63,307 nucleotides of DNA, filler included, from Octopus bimaculoides (GCF_001194135.2; 4 parts of 3 records of this genome joined end to end with filler, not necessarily neighbours in it); one strand, 5' to 3'; counted from the first letter of the whole stretch, positions 37,626 through 49,599 are shown. Notes: generated from the letters alone by a model not told the origin. Made by a program: numbers and translations.

Positions 37626-40352
37626 GGGGGGGGTAATATACATGTATAGGCATGTACGTGTATACATTTATTCATGCGTATGTTTGTGTATGTCTATATT
37701 CATATTTTTATGTATATATATATATATGTATCCACGTATATTTATGTGTGTGTGTGTGTGTGTGTAAATTTACCCAAATACTCACACACACACACCAACA
37801 AATTCCTTGTCAAAAGGTCTAGATACAAAAATGAAGTTTTATATTTTTCTAAATACGTTTTGTTATGACAAAATTTAATTATCTACAGGATATTTTCAAG
37901 TTACAAATCTAATTAATATTATATATTATGATATATGAATGGTGAAATATTATTTCATAATTTCATCTTGTGTTTGACAATTCAGATACTGCAAAACACG
38001 GCAATATTTTACTAAGTTGATGGAATTGTCATTTCCATAAAAAAAAAGAAAAAGAAAACGGTACAAATTATTATTATTGCTTGTGTGGCAATGGATTCAC
38101 GTTTCCGAAGACATCAATTCAACCAATTCTATCTGTCGGGACTCACCAGAGGGCATTGTTTCCCTCTGTCAGACAAGTAGTTACAAAAAAAAGATGGTAG
38201 ACTGTTATTACAGGCAATGTGGCTAGAATGCCGCAGGAAAAGATTACAAAACAGATTCTTTAAGCCAAGCGCACCAGCAGATTAAGTTATAATTTGCTGG
38301 GAGGTATGGGGACAGTTTTGTTTTTTGGTTGGTGTATTTTTTGTTTGTCCTATTGAGTATCCATATGAAATGATTGGGCGGATTTTTAGGGGTTTCTTTT
38401 TAGTTCGGCTTAGGGGTAGATCAAGAATAAGATAGTTGGATAATTTCCATAGTCGCAATTGGGGATACGCTTGGGAATCTAGAAGTGTAAATAATAGCTC
38501 TGATTGGACCCATACATTACAACCAAGAATAGCGGGCGGCAGAAAAATGGATGGACGAACAGAACTCGTACCTCAAGTCTTCAAGTTTATCTTATTATTC
38601 ATCGTCTTTGTGCTGCATTTAGTTATGCACTTAGCAATTCCATACAAAATACAGTTGCCAGCATGAGCAAAATGTTACATTAAACATAATAAAACGTTCA
38701 TTATAGAGAGGCTTCAATTTGCTTACAAAACATCTCGCTAAAAACAAATCCAAAGCAGTCACATGGTCGTCTGTAATTTTTTAAGGATTATAAAAATTAA
38801 AATAAAGAGGACTGCTTTTAAGTCATGTTTCTGACTAAACATCCATTAAATGATTTGCATCTAGTATTCCTTTCGTCTGTTTTCCATCAAACAAAAGGTA
38901 CAAACTTTGGTATACACTTATAATACCCAGCCATTATGATATGGGATAGGGCGTTTCTGCATAGGAGACGGCAAGGGTGCATAGCCAGAAGAATTTCCTT
39001 ACTTCAACTCTGTAGAAAATACATGATATGAGATAATAAAAGAAAACTGGAGCCTTATGATGTTAACCAGTTTCGAATTTAACAGAAAAGGTAGTGCGTA
39101 TTTAGACTCGAAAAATACCCACAGGTTACTGCTGCAAAACATTGGTCGAAAGTATACTTGACCTCGTTGCAACTGTTTTAAGGACAAAATGGATGCCATA
39201 TATGTGTAACATTTATACCATTGATATTTTTACTTGTGTAACTTATTCTGTCTTTTCTTTTCTAAAGCATTATAAGAGCTACTCATTGCTTTTCATCATA
39301 ATCGGAGTATAAAAACTTATTTTATCAGTATATTCAGACATTTATTTAGGACATGTATAGATAGATAGATAGATAAGCACATAGACTGATAAATAGATAG
39401 ACAGACTGATACAAATAGACAGATACAAACAGACATGCATAAGGCGGGAGCATGCGCGCGTGTGTAAGTTTGCTATGAGAAACAGGAAAACTGGAACCCA
39501 AAACATGAAAATTTATATATATGCAAATATGGATATATACCGGCATCTGTGTAGTACAGAGTGCGATGTAAACATATATATACATATATACACACACACA
39601 CACATATNNNNNNNNNNNNNNNNNNNNNNNNNNNNNNNNNNNNNNNNNNNNNNNNNNNNNNNNNNNNNNNNNNNNNNNNNNNNNNNNNNNNNNNNNNNNN
39701 NNNNNNNNNNNNNNNNNNNNNNNNNNNNNNNNNNNNNNNNNNNNNNNNNNNNNNNNNNNNNNNNNNNNNNNNNNNNNNNNNNNNNNNNNNNNNNNNNNNN
39801 NNNNNNNNNNNNNNNNNNNNNNNNNNNNNNNNNNNNNNNNNNNNNNNNNNNNNNNNNNNNNNNNNNNNNNNNNNNNNNNNNNNNNNNNNNNNNNNNNNNN
39901 NNNNNNNNNNNNNNNNNNNNNNNNNNNNNNNNNNNNNNNNNNNNNNNNNNNNNNNNNNNNNNNNNNNNNNNNNNNNNNNNNNNNNNNNNNNNNNNNNNNN
40001 NNNNNNNNNNNNNNNNNNNNNNNNNNNNNNNNNNNNNNNNNNNNNNNNNNNNNNNNNNNNNNNNNNNNNNNNNNNNNNNNNNNNNNNNNNNNNNNNNNNN
40101 NNNNNNNNNNNNNNNNNNNNNNNNNNNNNNNNNNNNNNNNNNNNNNNNNNNNNNNNNNNNNNNNNNNNNNNNNNNNNNNNNNNNNNNNNNNNNNNNNNNN
40201 NNNNNNNNNNNNNNNNNNNNNNNNNNNNNNNNNNNNNNNNNNNNNNNNNNNNNNNNNNNNNNNNNNNNNNNNNNNNNNNNNNNNNNNNNNNNNNNNNNNN
40301 NNNNNNNNNNNNNNNNNNNNNNNNNNNNNNNNNNNNNNNNNNNNNNNNNNNN

Positions 40353-40389
<37 letters not shown>

Positions 40390-40459
40390 ATGTATAAGTG
40401 CGTATAGAATATGTGTGTGCATATCTATATATATACACAGAGATATGAGTGCGTGTGTC

Positions 40460-40491
<32 letters not shown>

Positions 40492-40746
40492 GTATGTGGT
40501 GTGCGGATATGTCTTGTGTGTCTCTTTCGTTCTTCTCTCAGCTCAACTCATAAAGTTTTTATTTCTCCGTCTGTCTTCACCTTTGACTCGTTGTTCTGAT
40601 GGAGTTTCTTATGTTCAAATTTTGATTGGAGATTTCAGAATATTTAATTGCAATCTTAAAGATATATTGCTGAGATATTGCTTAATATCACAGCCATATA
40701 TCATTTCATTGAATTAGATGACACATCTCTCTCTCTCACACACACT

Positions 40747-40781
<35 letters not shown>

Positions 40782-41009
40782 CGTTATCTCCCCGTCTTCT
40801 CTCTCCTGATGTTTGTCTCGCAATAACGTCTGACGTCGCATACTTCCTAGACAGATAAGAGAAACTGCAAGAGTTAAAGATACGCGATTTAATAAAGCCG
40901 TAGGGAAGAAGTGAATATAAATTAACATATGTTTTTGTCATGTATATAATGCAAATACATACAAGCACATAACAGTTTTCGGTGGTAAATCACTGATTAG
41001 GAGGTTAAT

Positions 41010-41695
41010 AATAATCTAGCAGAAGGACTGATATTTGGGGGTGGAGTAAGTCGATCACATCGACCCCGGTACTCAACTAGGACTTATTTCATCGACCCAG
41101 AAAGGATGAAGGGCAAAGTTGACCACGGTAGAAACTGAGACCAGAACGTAAAGACAGACGAAGTGCCGCTAAACGATTCTGCCAGTTCCCCACCTTCTTA
41201 ATAATCTTTTCTACAAAAGGCACAAGGACTGAAATTTTGGGGGAAAGTTTAAGTCGATTACATCGACCCCAGTACTCGAATGGTACTTAATTTATCGGCC
41301 CCGAAAGGATGAAAGGCAAAGTCGACCTCGGTGGAATTTGAACTCAGAAAATAGAGATGGACGAAATGCAGCTATGCATTTTTGCCCGGCGTACTAAACC
41401 ACCTTATTATAATAATAATAATGCTTTGTGACAGGCACAAGACAAGCACATTTTATAAGCGGATGTAGTCGACACTTGACAGGTTACGTTATTTTATCTT
41501 CGGACCAAAAGTAGAATGGACTGCGGTGAGATTTGAACTCAGACTATAAAGAGCCGGAACAAACACTACAAAGCTTCCATTCCAAACGTTCTTACAGTAC
41601 TGCCAATCCACTGCCTCGGAGAGGTACTCCTTTATCAACCCCGAAAAGGATAAAAAGGCAAATCTGACCACGGTGGATTTCGAACGCAAGGTAGT
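41010..41695 (-). mobile_element. Stack of four same-orientation SINE family B copies of differing decay
   Basis: The motif ATCGACCC(C)GAAAGGAT(G)AA..GCAAA, or decayed versions of it, occurs near 41092, 41295, 41495 and 41635. Confidence 0.8.
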
Positions 41696-41830
41696 GGTAC
41701 CCGGAATGGCTATCACAAGACACTGAGTCTCATGTTTTAACAACTGCCATTTCGCTGTCAGTTTTTTTCATTAATTTATTGCACATATTTTGTTGTTTTC
41801 TTTCACATTGTCCCTTTTTCTTTCTTTCAG

Positions 41831-42109
41831 ATATTTCCAAATCACAGGAGATGGAGAGATCAAAATAATCGCTGACCCAAGCGAGTTAAAAAAGAGTTCC
41901 TACCAGTTGATGATAATCGTTGACGACGGTGGTCATCCGCCCCGTCGGACGCTGGTCAATGTTACCGTCAATTTCCCAGCCCTGGTTGTGGCCGAACCCG
42001 CCACTGGCAGTAGTCTCAGCAAAACCGACACCCTCCTCATAGTGTTGGGTGTCTTTTTAACCCTCTTTGTCATACTTGTCATACTTTTGAGCGTTTACAT
42101 CGCAAGACG
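41831..42109 (+). CDS. Cadherin exon: rest of the membrane-proximal repeat plus transmembrane helix
   Basis: Acceptor TTTTTCTTTCAG, donor ACG/GTACGT, 279 nt, phase 2-2. Encodes YFQITGDGEIKIIADPSELKKSSYQLMIIVDDGGHPPRRTLVNVTVNFP...TLLIVLGVFLTLFVILVILLSVYIARR (DGGxP motif, about 23 hydrophobic residues, basic stop-transfer). Confidence 0.93.
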
Positions 42110-42589
42110 GTACGTACAGAACTTTAAAATGGCCGCTAAATTATTGGTGAAAAGTTACTTTGACATTGTTCAGCATTAGAGCATGCGCGGACTGGTTTTT
42201 TTTTTTGCTTGGTTTCTTATTGTTGGATTTCTTGACAGTGTTTTTATACGCATGTTCAGTGTGTTTGAGGTGTTTCGTTTTATTTCTGTTTTTTTGTTTT
42301 TTAGGGTTTGAGTAATGTGTTTGCATGGAGCGGTGTTTTGTGCTGTGTTGGGACTCTGTGTTTACTATATTTTTAAAAAAACATTCTGTATTTGCGCGCG
42401 TCGAACCAAACTTCTTGTGATCGACTGTTACACTTTCAATAACCTTAACATTTGTGTGTAGAGCCATATACAGAATTGATGAACAAACACCAACAAAAAA
42501 TAAATCCACGGTACTTAAGATGTCACTTTACGACAGGTCGTTAAATCTAATACGTTATTATATTGCAGTAAATCCAGGTGGGACAGACT

Positions 42590-42641
<52 letters not shown>

Positions 42642-42660
42642 GCTAAGCCATCTTTAAGAT

Positions 42661-43087
42661 CAATATATTTAAAATAAAAGCCGAAGCGCATAAGTTCCAC
42701 CTACAGTTCATACTTTATTTGTGCTTAACAGCTGTTCTATTAAGATAAACATTATTAAATATTTAATTATATAAATGTGGTACATAATGAATTTGAATTA
42801 AATCAATTTAAAAGCTGTGTTTACCCATATCATCAGTATCTTTATGTGTTATGTTAATCAGAAAAGATTGTTTCAATGCATCAGGATATATAATAATTTT
42901 TCTGATTAACATAACACATAATACCCTTGATAATTTGGATGAACACAGCTTTTGAATTAATTTAATTTAGTTACTTGCCACAGTTGTGTATTTATACATT
43001 TAATAATGTTTATCTTACTGAAACAGCTGTTGAACACAAAGTATAAACTATATATGGATTTTATGCTGTTTTTATTTTAAATTATTG
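42661..43087. repeat. Fold-back (long inverted repeat) element, arms about 200 bp
   Basis: The inner TATGTGTTATGTTAATCAGAAAA (42843-42865) pairs perfectly with 42898-42920. Outer blocks AAAAGCTGTGTT, TAAGATAAACATTATTAAAT, AACAGCTGTT and TTTAAAATAAAA are mirrored. Confidence 0.9.
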
Positions 43088-43593
43088 CTCCTGAACATCA
43101 TTTGATGATTTGTGGGTATATGAAGTTGAGTATGCTGAGGGTATTCCTATACGCACATTTATGTGAGTATACACACATTAATATATGACTGCATGATTCG
43201 AATATGTGTGTGTGCACGTGTGTATGTACGTATCCATGTGCATTCAGATGCATGTGCGCTTACACACACTGATATATATGACGACATATAATCTGCATAC
43301 ATGTTTATACAAGCACATTAAATATAAATACGCATATGTATGTATGAGTGTGTGTGTTTATGTCTGTAAATATGTGTATATGTAGGCATGAAGGTGTGTA
43401 TATACTCTTGTATGTACAATTCTTTCTGAGTAATCACACATCAATATACACATAATTCCTATGTATACACAAGTGTTTCTTGGGGTACACATANNNNNNN
43501 NNNNNNNNNNNNNNNNNNNNNNNNNNNNNNNNNNNNNTTAATTAATTAANNNNNNNNNNNNNNNNNNNNNNNNNNNNNNNNNNNNNNNNNNNN

Positions 43594-43640
43594 ATCTTCA
43601 TCACCATCATCATCAACATCATCTTCATCCTCATCATCAT

Positions 43641-43672
<32 letters not shown>

Positions 43673-44330
43673 CTATCTTCATCCTCATCCTCATCACCAC
43701 CACCACTATCACCACCGCGACTACTTCCAACTTCGCGCCTACAACCACCACCACTATCATCATCACAACCGTCACCACCCTGAACACTGTCATCACCAAT
43801 ATCACCATCATCAAACTTCGCTAACACCTCAATCACATGACCACCTCAACAAGCATCATATGTCAAAACAACCTCCACACCGACCACTAAACATACCAAC
43901 AGAATTAGAACCACACATACATACATACATACATACATACATACATACATACATACATTCATACATGCATAATTACATACATACTTGCATACATAGACAC
44001 GCACAGACAAACACATACATACACACATGCATATATACATACGCACATACATACATACATAGATATTACACAAGACATTATTAGCACAACCACTAATAGC
44101 ATCTCCAATGCCACTCCTACTACCACCTCCACTTCTAGTACCAACATCACCACAGGCACTACTACCATAATGAATTCCACGCATCACCACTATCGTCATC
44201 ACTACCATTACCACATTGCTGCTGCTATCATCACCATGACCATCACTGCTGAGGCCACCACCACCGCCGATACCGCCACCACCACTGCAGCCTCCGTAGC
44301 AGCAGCAGCTGCAGCAGTCTCCGACATGTG
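43594..44330. repeat. (CAT)/(CAC)/(TACA) low-complexity block
   Basis: Mixed trinucleotide and tetranucleotide repeats read directly. Confidence 0.8.
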
Positions 44331-45174
44331 GTGCTCTGAAATCGAGTGAAAGATATCCATGTTGGAAGCTAGTTTCGTAGGTTGCTCACTGACGCGTGAC
44401 TACCACAGCAAAAATGGAATTTCCTAACTTATCAAGCCATGCGTGACATTACTGCAAAATTGGAAGAATATGAGTGTGGTAGCAATATAAACAGTACAAG
44501 ATTGGAGGTGTACGTGACAGTGGGGAGGAACATTCTTTAACTGGAACGGAAGAACATCCTGCATTGTATAAATAATACACTCTTAAATTATATTCGATGC
44601 ACTAGTATTCCCATAAGCATACACAGAGACAGACACATACTAGACAGTTAGAAAGTTACAAATAGACATATCTATCGACATAATACATACATTTTCATAT
44701 ATATATATATATGATATATATGTATGTTTTTAAAGTATGTAGGTGTGTGTGTATGTGTGTGTAAATAATAGATACTTAAGCACGTGGCTTTATAGATATA
44801 ATTGCAGTGTATTGTGTTTGTGTAAGTATGTATGTATGTTGTTTCTTTGAGTTTTTATTTAAATGCTTTAGATAGTTCAAGCCGGTTACTAACAAAACAA
44901 GACTTTTTGAGTTAAGAGAGTTCCTGGTGTTTGCAAATATGTAGTTGAGCTGGTGTGTTGGTTGAGTTGTCGATGCATACAACCAAGTGTCTGCATCTAT
45001 TCAGCTAAAGAATCTCAAGTGGAGAATCTTTGGAATATCTTTGAGATGTCTTAAAATCTTTGAATTGTCTTAAAGAATCTTTGAAATGTCTTACAAACCT
45101 CCACTGCTGCTAATAAATTGGATTTGGAGAACACGCCTCAATTACTTTTGCTCTTTCTACGAAAAACCTTAATA

Positions 45175-45480
45175 GGCAAAGGAGTGGCTGTGTGGTAAGT
45201 AGCTTGCTTACCAACCACATGGTTCCGGGTTCAGTCCCACCGCGTGGCATCTTGGGCAAGTGTCTTCTGCTATAGCCTCGGGCCGACCAAAGCCTTGTGA
45301 GTGGATTTGGTAGACGAAAACTGAAAAAAGCCTGTTGTATATATGTATNNNNNNNNNNNNNNNNNNNNNNNNNNNNNNNNNNNNNNNNNNNNNNNNNNNN
45401 NNNNNNNNNNNNNNNNNNNNNNNNNNNNNNNNNNNNNNNNNNNNNNNNNNNNNNNNNNNNNNNNNNNNNNNNNNNNNNNN

Positions 45481-45524
<44 letters not shown>

Positions 45525-45720
45525 TTTGTCCCCCCTACATCGCTTGACAACCGATGGTGGTGTGCTTATGTCCCTGTCATTTAGCGGTTTGGCAAAAAGA
45601 GACCGATAGAATAAGTACTAGGCTTACAAAGAATAAGTCCTGGGGTCGATTTGGTCGACTAAAGGCGGTGCTCCAGCATGGCCGCAGTCAAATGACTGAA
45701 ACAAGTGAAAGAGTAAAGAG
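45175..45720 (+). mobile_element. SINE family A, full length
   Basis: tRNA-like head GGAGTGGCTGTGTGGTAAG...GGTTCAGTCCC, then TTGGGCAAGTG, an internal microsatellite, and a tail ending GAAACAAGTGAAAGAGTAAAGAG. Confidence 0.92.
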
Positions 45721-45721
45721 T

Positions 45722-46360
45722 ATGTCTAGTCCTTTGTGTCAGTTTGTAGATACGTAGCCTGACGTACCTGTGATGATAGGTGCAAATGAACATTTGGAGT
45801 CAGAGTACAAGAGCTGTAAGTTCCGCATTAATTTGCTCCTTTTCCTGAATATTTGATTGTACATTCACATCCGTTGGGTAGCCGATCTCTACAACAGTGC
45901 ATGACTTTTGTTCTCTGTCCTACAGACCGATATGAGGTCTGTTATGCTTGCTCCGAATTGTTTTTATTGGAGCGTTCCACCAATATTCCTTGTTTTTAAA
46001 GGTGAGTGTACTTACTGGCTTCGACATGCCTTTGAGGTCCACGTAAAGGCAATCTTCCCTGTGGATAGCGTTATAAATAGTCTTTACAATTTTATTAAGC
46101 CTGAGGGCAGGTAGTATCCCGTAGTAGTTCTACTGTTGTGGGTTATATCTTCCACACTGGTATAGCAGAGCCGGCATTTTTTTTATCACACTTGGAGGTT
46201 TAGTGGTACATTTGTCCCTATTGTTTATCAGGAATTTAGTAGCTATCTCCTTTTCCTGGATGGCGATGGCATATCCTTTTAGATCGCAGGTCTAGGTGAG
46301 ACCACTCTTTCTGTCAATGCTGTTGTTATCCTCTAGCTTACAAGATATGTACTCATGCTT
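45722..46360 (-). mobile_element. RLE-type (R4-like) LINE C-terminal fragment, copy 1
   Basis: AIQEKEIATKFL, CRLCYTSVEDITH, KEYWWNAPIKT..KHNRPHI, VVEIGYPTDVNV and APIITGTSGY in broken frames. Confidence 0.85.
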
Positions 46361-46419
46361 TGCTTTTTGCTGGCATGATGCCTGCTTCTCCTCCAAGATT
46401 CTGTTTACGTAAGCCAGTA

Positions 46420-47082
46420 TATATGTAAGTATATATTTGTATGTATGACCTTATGAAGGTCTTGCAGATTTTTACTGTCCCAGATATCGTAACCATTTGC
46501 GGTGTATAAATTAAGGATTTGCATTCTCTCCACAAGAACACAATTTTAGCCATACTTTGCTCATGACGGGTTGGTATATATCCTGTTGCTCTAATTATAA
46601 TAAGTAGGAAGGTGAAATTAGGTACTGGATTTGCAAACTCCTTATCAATGTCCATAGATGTCCTCTTTCAATTGTATTTTTCGAACCACATTGCAGTCCA
46701 GAGGGCAGCTGATTTCCACGACAGAAAATATCCTTTTCTTGTGGTCCAACGCAACAATATCTTGCAGGTTGTGTTTTAACTTGGTGGCTTTTAAAATTTT
46801 TTAAAGTTCCACCTATATTCTTTTGACCCATCAGTCTCAACGTAGTCAACTTCATCTGTAGATGTTGTTTATTTTGTTATTCTGTTGCAGACTGTTTTGG
46901 TTATCGCATTATTCCTCATGAAAAGATAATATCTAGAAGACATTCTCTCCCAGTTGGCAATAGCGTGGTTGATGTCTTCAGTCTTGGTCTTGTACTGCCT
47001 ACATTTGTTGTCTGTCAATGTTTTCTGCTTTTTATGTTCTAAGTACTTGGTGGAGATCTCATGTACTTAAATTGCATGCAAG
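46420..47082 (-). mobile_element. RLE-type (R4-like) LINE C-terminal fragment, copy 2
   Basis: EISTKYLEHKK..DNKCRQYKTKTEDINH, MSSRYYL and LKHNLQDIVALDHKKRIFSVVEISCPLDCNVV. Confidence 0.85.
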
Positions 47083-47964
47083 TATGTATGTATATATGTG
47101 TATGGATGTGTGTATGTTATCCCTGCATGCAAATACACACTCATTTATGAACACCCTCACCTCAAACATACGCGCTTACACGCGCATATATATGTGTTTG
47201 TGCGTGTATGTATTTGGGTATGTATGCAGCCGATACAGATCCATATCATATTTGAGCCTTTGCTTATACATAAAAATACCCTGGAATATACATTATCCCA
47301 AGTCCCATGATACATGCAGCAAGATATTTACATGTGCTATCAAAAGTTTACGTTTACAAGGAAATGGATCTTCATCGGTTTCAGTGGTGAATAATGTAGA
47401 TATTTGTTGAACTGATGTACCTCCTCACTGAGTTATTATACATCTGTATGCCACACATTTGCGGGCCTTAATGCACTCGTTCGGCATATATCCATATGTG
47501 TGTGTGAGTGGTTAAATGTTAGTGTGTGCGTGCTCATGCGCGTCTGTATGTATGTGTGTATGTATATGAAGTATATATGAAAATATACAAACACGGAGAA
47601 ACGCACCCGGCAACTTCCGATGGACTAAGTTGCTAAACCGGTCTCTGAAAGCTTGACTCGCTGGGAAAGATGCATTCAGCTACCAGTATCCTATCTAGAT
47701 CGACTGTACAAAACTAAAATTTGTGGTCTGTGTAGCCGAAAAGTTTGAATTGCGGACACCTTATGCTACATCGATCTACAGGCCTACAAATTACTCTATC
47801 TAGATACGATCTGGAGGACACGATGCTGTCTGCCCATGTTCACATCGGTGCGTTCACAAAATCCATTCGGTACCTATCAGACTGTTAGAAGCACTTGAGG
47901 AGGTTTGTGAGGCTTTCGGCTAGCCCCATCCTATACCGGCGTGCGTCGAAGATGGCGTTCTAAT

Positions 47965-48126
47965 CTTTACATCGACCTCAGTGCTCAAATGGTACTTATT
48001 TTGTCACCCCACAAAGGATGAAAAGCAAAGTTGAGCCCGGACGCATTTGAACCTAGAACGTAAAAACAGACGAACTGTCGATAAACATTTTGCCTGGTGT
48101 GCTAGTGATTCTGCCAGACTACCGCC
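47965..48126 (-). mobile_element. SINE family B, decayed, followed by an (AAT)/(GAT) tract
   Basis: CACAAAGGATGAAAAGCAAAGTTGAGC...GATTCTGCCAGACTACCGCC. Confidence 0.8.
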
Positions 48127-48162
48127 TTAATAATAATGATGATAATGATGATGATATTGATG

Positions 48163-48238
<76 letters not shown>

Positions 48239-48257
48239 TGATGATGATGTTGATGAA

Positions 48258-48298
<41 letters not shown>

Positions 48299-48314
48299 TG
48301 ATGATGTTGATGAA

Positions 48315-48375
<61 letters not shown>

Positions 48376-48543
48376 TCGTATAGCCTAATTTTGTTTCACT
48401 ACATTGGTTTTCAATTAATTCCATAATATCTACTTGTTTGATGTATTTTCTTTTTTTTTTTTTGAATTTCTTTTAACTGAAAATATTTTATCTAATTCCC
48501 CACCCACATTTTCATTTCAAACGTATTATCGTTTTATTCAAAG

Positions 48544-48713
48544 GTTCTTTATATTCACTGAACCATGTGAACGAGGATGAAATGGAAACTACATCCAACA
48601 ATGAAATTCCACATAATGATGGTTTAAGTTCTGGATTAAAATCTTCTTCAAAAGACAGGAGAGAAGGAGAGAGGAAGGAGAAAGAGAGAGCAAGCGAAAG
48701 AGAGGGAGAGTGA
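48544..48713 (+). CDS. Candidate cytoplasmic-tail exon of the cadherin
   Basis: First AG after an AG-free, pyrimidine-rich zone of about 158 nt. The phase-1 frame reads SLYSLNHVNEDEMETTSNNEIPHNDGLSSGLKSSSKDRREGE...*. It needs an intervening phase 2-to-1 exon, and the AAG acceptor is suboptimal. Confidence 0.4.
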
Positions 48714-48829
48714 AGGAGAGAGGAAGGAGAAAGAGAGAGCAAGCGAAAGAGAGGGAGAGTGAAGGAGAGAGGAAGGAGAAAGAGAGAGCAAGCGAAAGAG
48801 CGGGAGAGTGAAGGAGAGAGAGAGAGAGA
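48663..48829. repeat. 49-bp purine-rich tandem repeat running into a gap
   Basis: CAAGCG recurs at 48691, 48740 and 48789 (period 49). Confidence 0.9.
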
Positions 48830-49400
48830 NNNNNNNNNNNNNNNNNNNNNNNNNNNNNNNNNNNNNNNNNNNNNNNNNNNNNNNNNNNNNNNNNNNNNNN
48901 NNNNNNNNNNNNNNNNNNNNNNNNNNNNNNNNNNNNNNNNNNNNNNNNNNNNNNNNNNNNNNNNNNNNNNNNNNNNNNNNNNNNNNNNNNNNNNNNNNNN
49001 NNNNNNNNNNNNNNNNNNNNNNNNNNNNNNNNNNNNNNNNNNNNNNNNNNNNNNNNNNNNNNNNNNNNNNNNNNNNNNNNNNNNNNNNNNNNNNNNNNNN
49101 NNNNNNNNNNNNNNNNNNNNNNNNNNNNNNNNNNNNNNNNNNNNNNNNNNNNNNNNNNNNNNNNNNNNNNNNNNNNNNNNNNNNNNNNNNNNNNNNNNNN
49201 NNNNNNNNNNNNNNNNNNNNNNNNNNNNNNNNNNNNNNNNNNNNNNNNNNNNNNNNNNNNNNNNNNNNNNNNNNNNNNNNNNNNNNNNNNNNNNNNNNNN
49301 NNNNNNNNNNNNNNNNNNNNNNNNNNNNNNNNNNNNNNNNNNNNNNNNCCAACTCAAAAAACAGAGCAAGAACGAGGCTTTGCGAGATAACTAAATATAT

Positions 49401-49599
49401 ATTGCAGCGTGGAAGGTGTTTATAAGCCATTTAAAATAACACACAAAAACCGTGCTGCAGCACAGAATTTTGTCAGTGAACAGGTCGCGGTCTCAAAGCG
49501 ACGAAAATATTTTGACAAATTAAATTTAAATGTTGAAGCGAATCTAACGGTTTTTGTGTGTTATTTTAAATGGCTTATAAACACTTTCCACACTGCAAT
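49401..49599. mobile_element. Family F3: element with 53-bp terminal inverted repeats and an internal hammerhead fold
   Basis: 49401-49453 and 49547-49599 are reverse complements with two mismatches, and a 12-bp palindrome GTGCTGCAGCAC lies at 49452-49463. Confidence 0.88.
49469..49519 (+). ncRNA. Minimal type-I hammerhead-like motif with G3-C8 swapped core (F3)
   Basis: TTTGTCA-GTGAACA-G-GTCGC-GGTCTCAAA-GCGAC-GAAA-A-TA-TTT-TGACAAA: 7-bp stem I, 5-bp stem II, AATATT palindromic stem III, UUU triplet. Confidence 0.65.

Noticed and set aside
43594-44330. Asp/Gly/His/Thr-rich ORFs on both strands
   Set aside because: Trinucleotide low-complexity sequence with no splice signals or domain.
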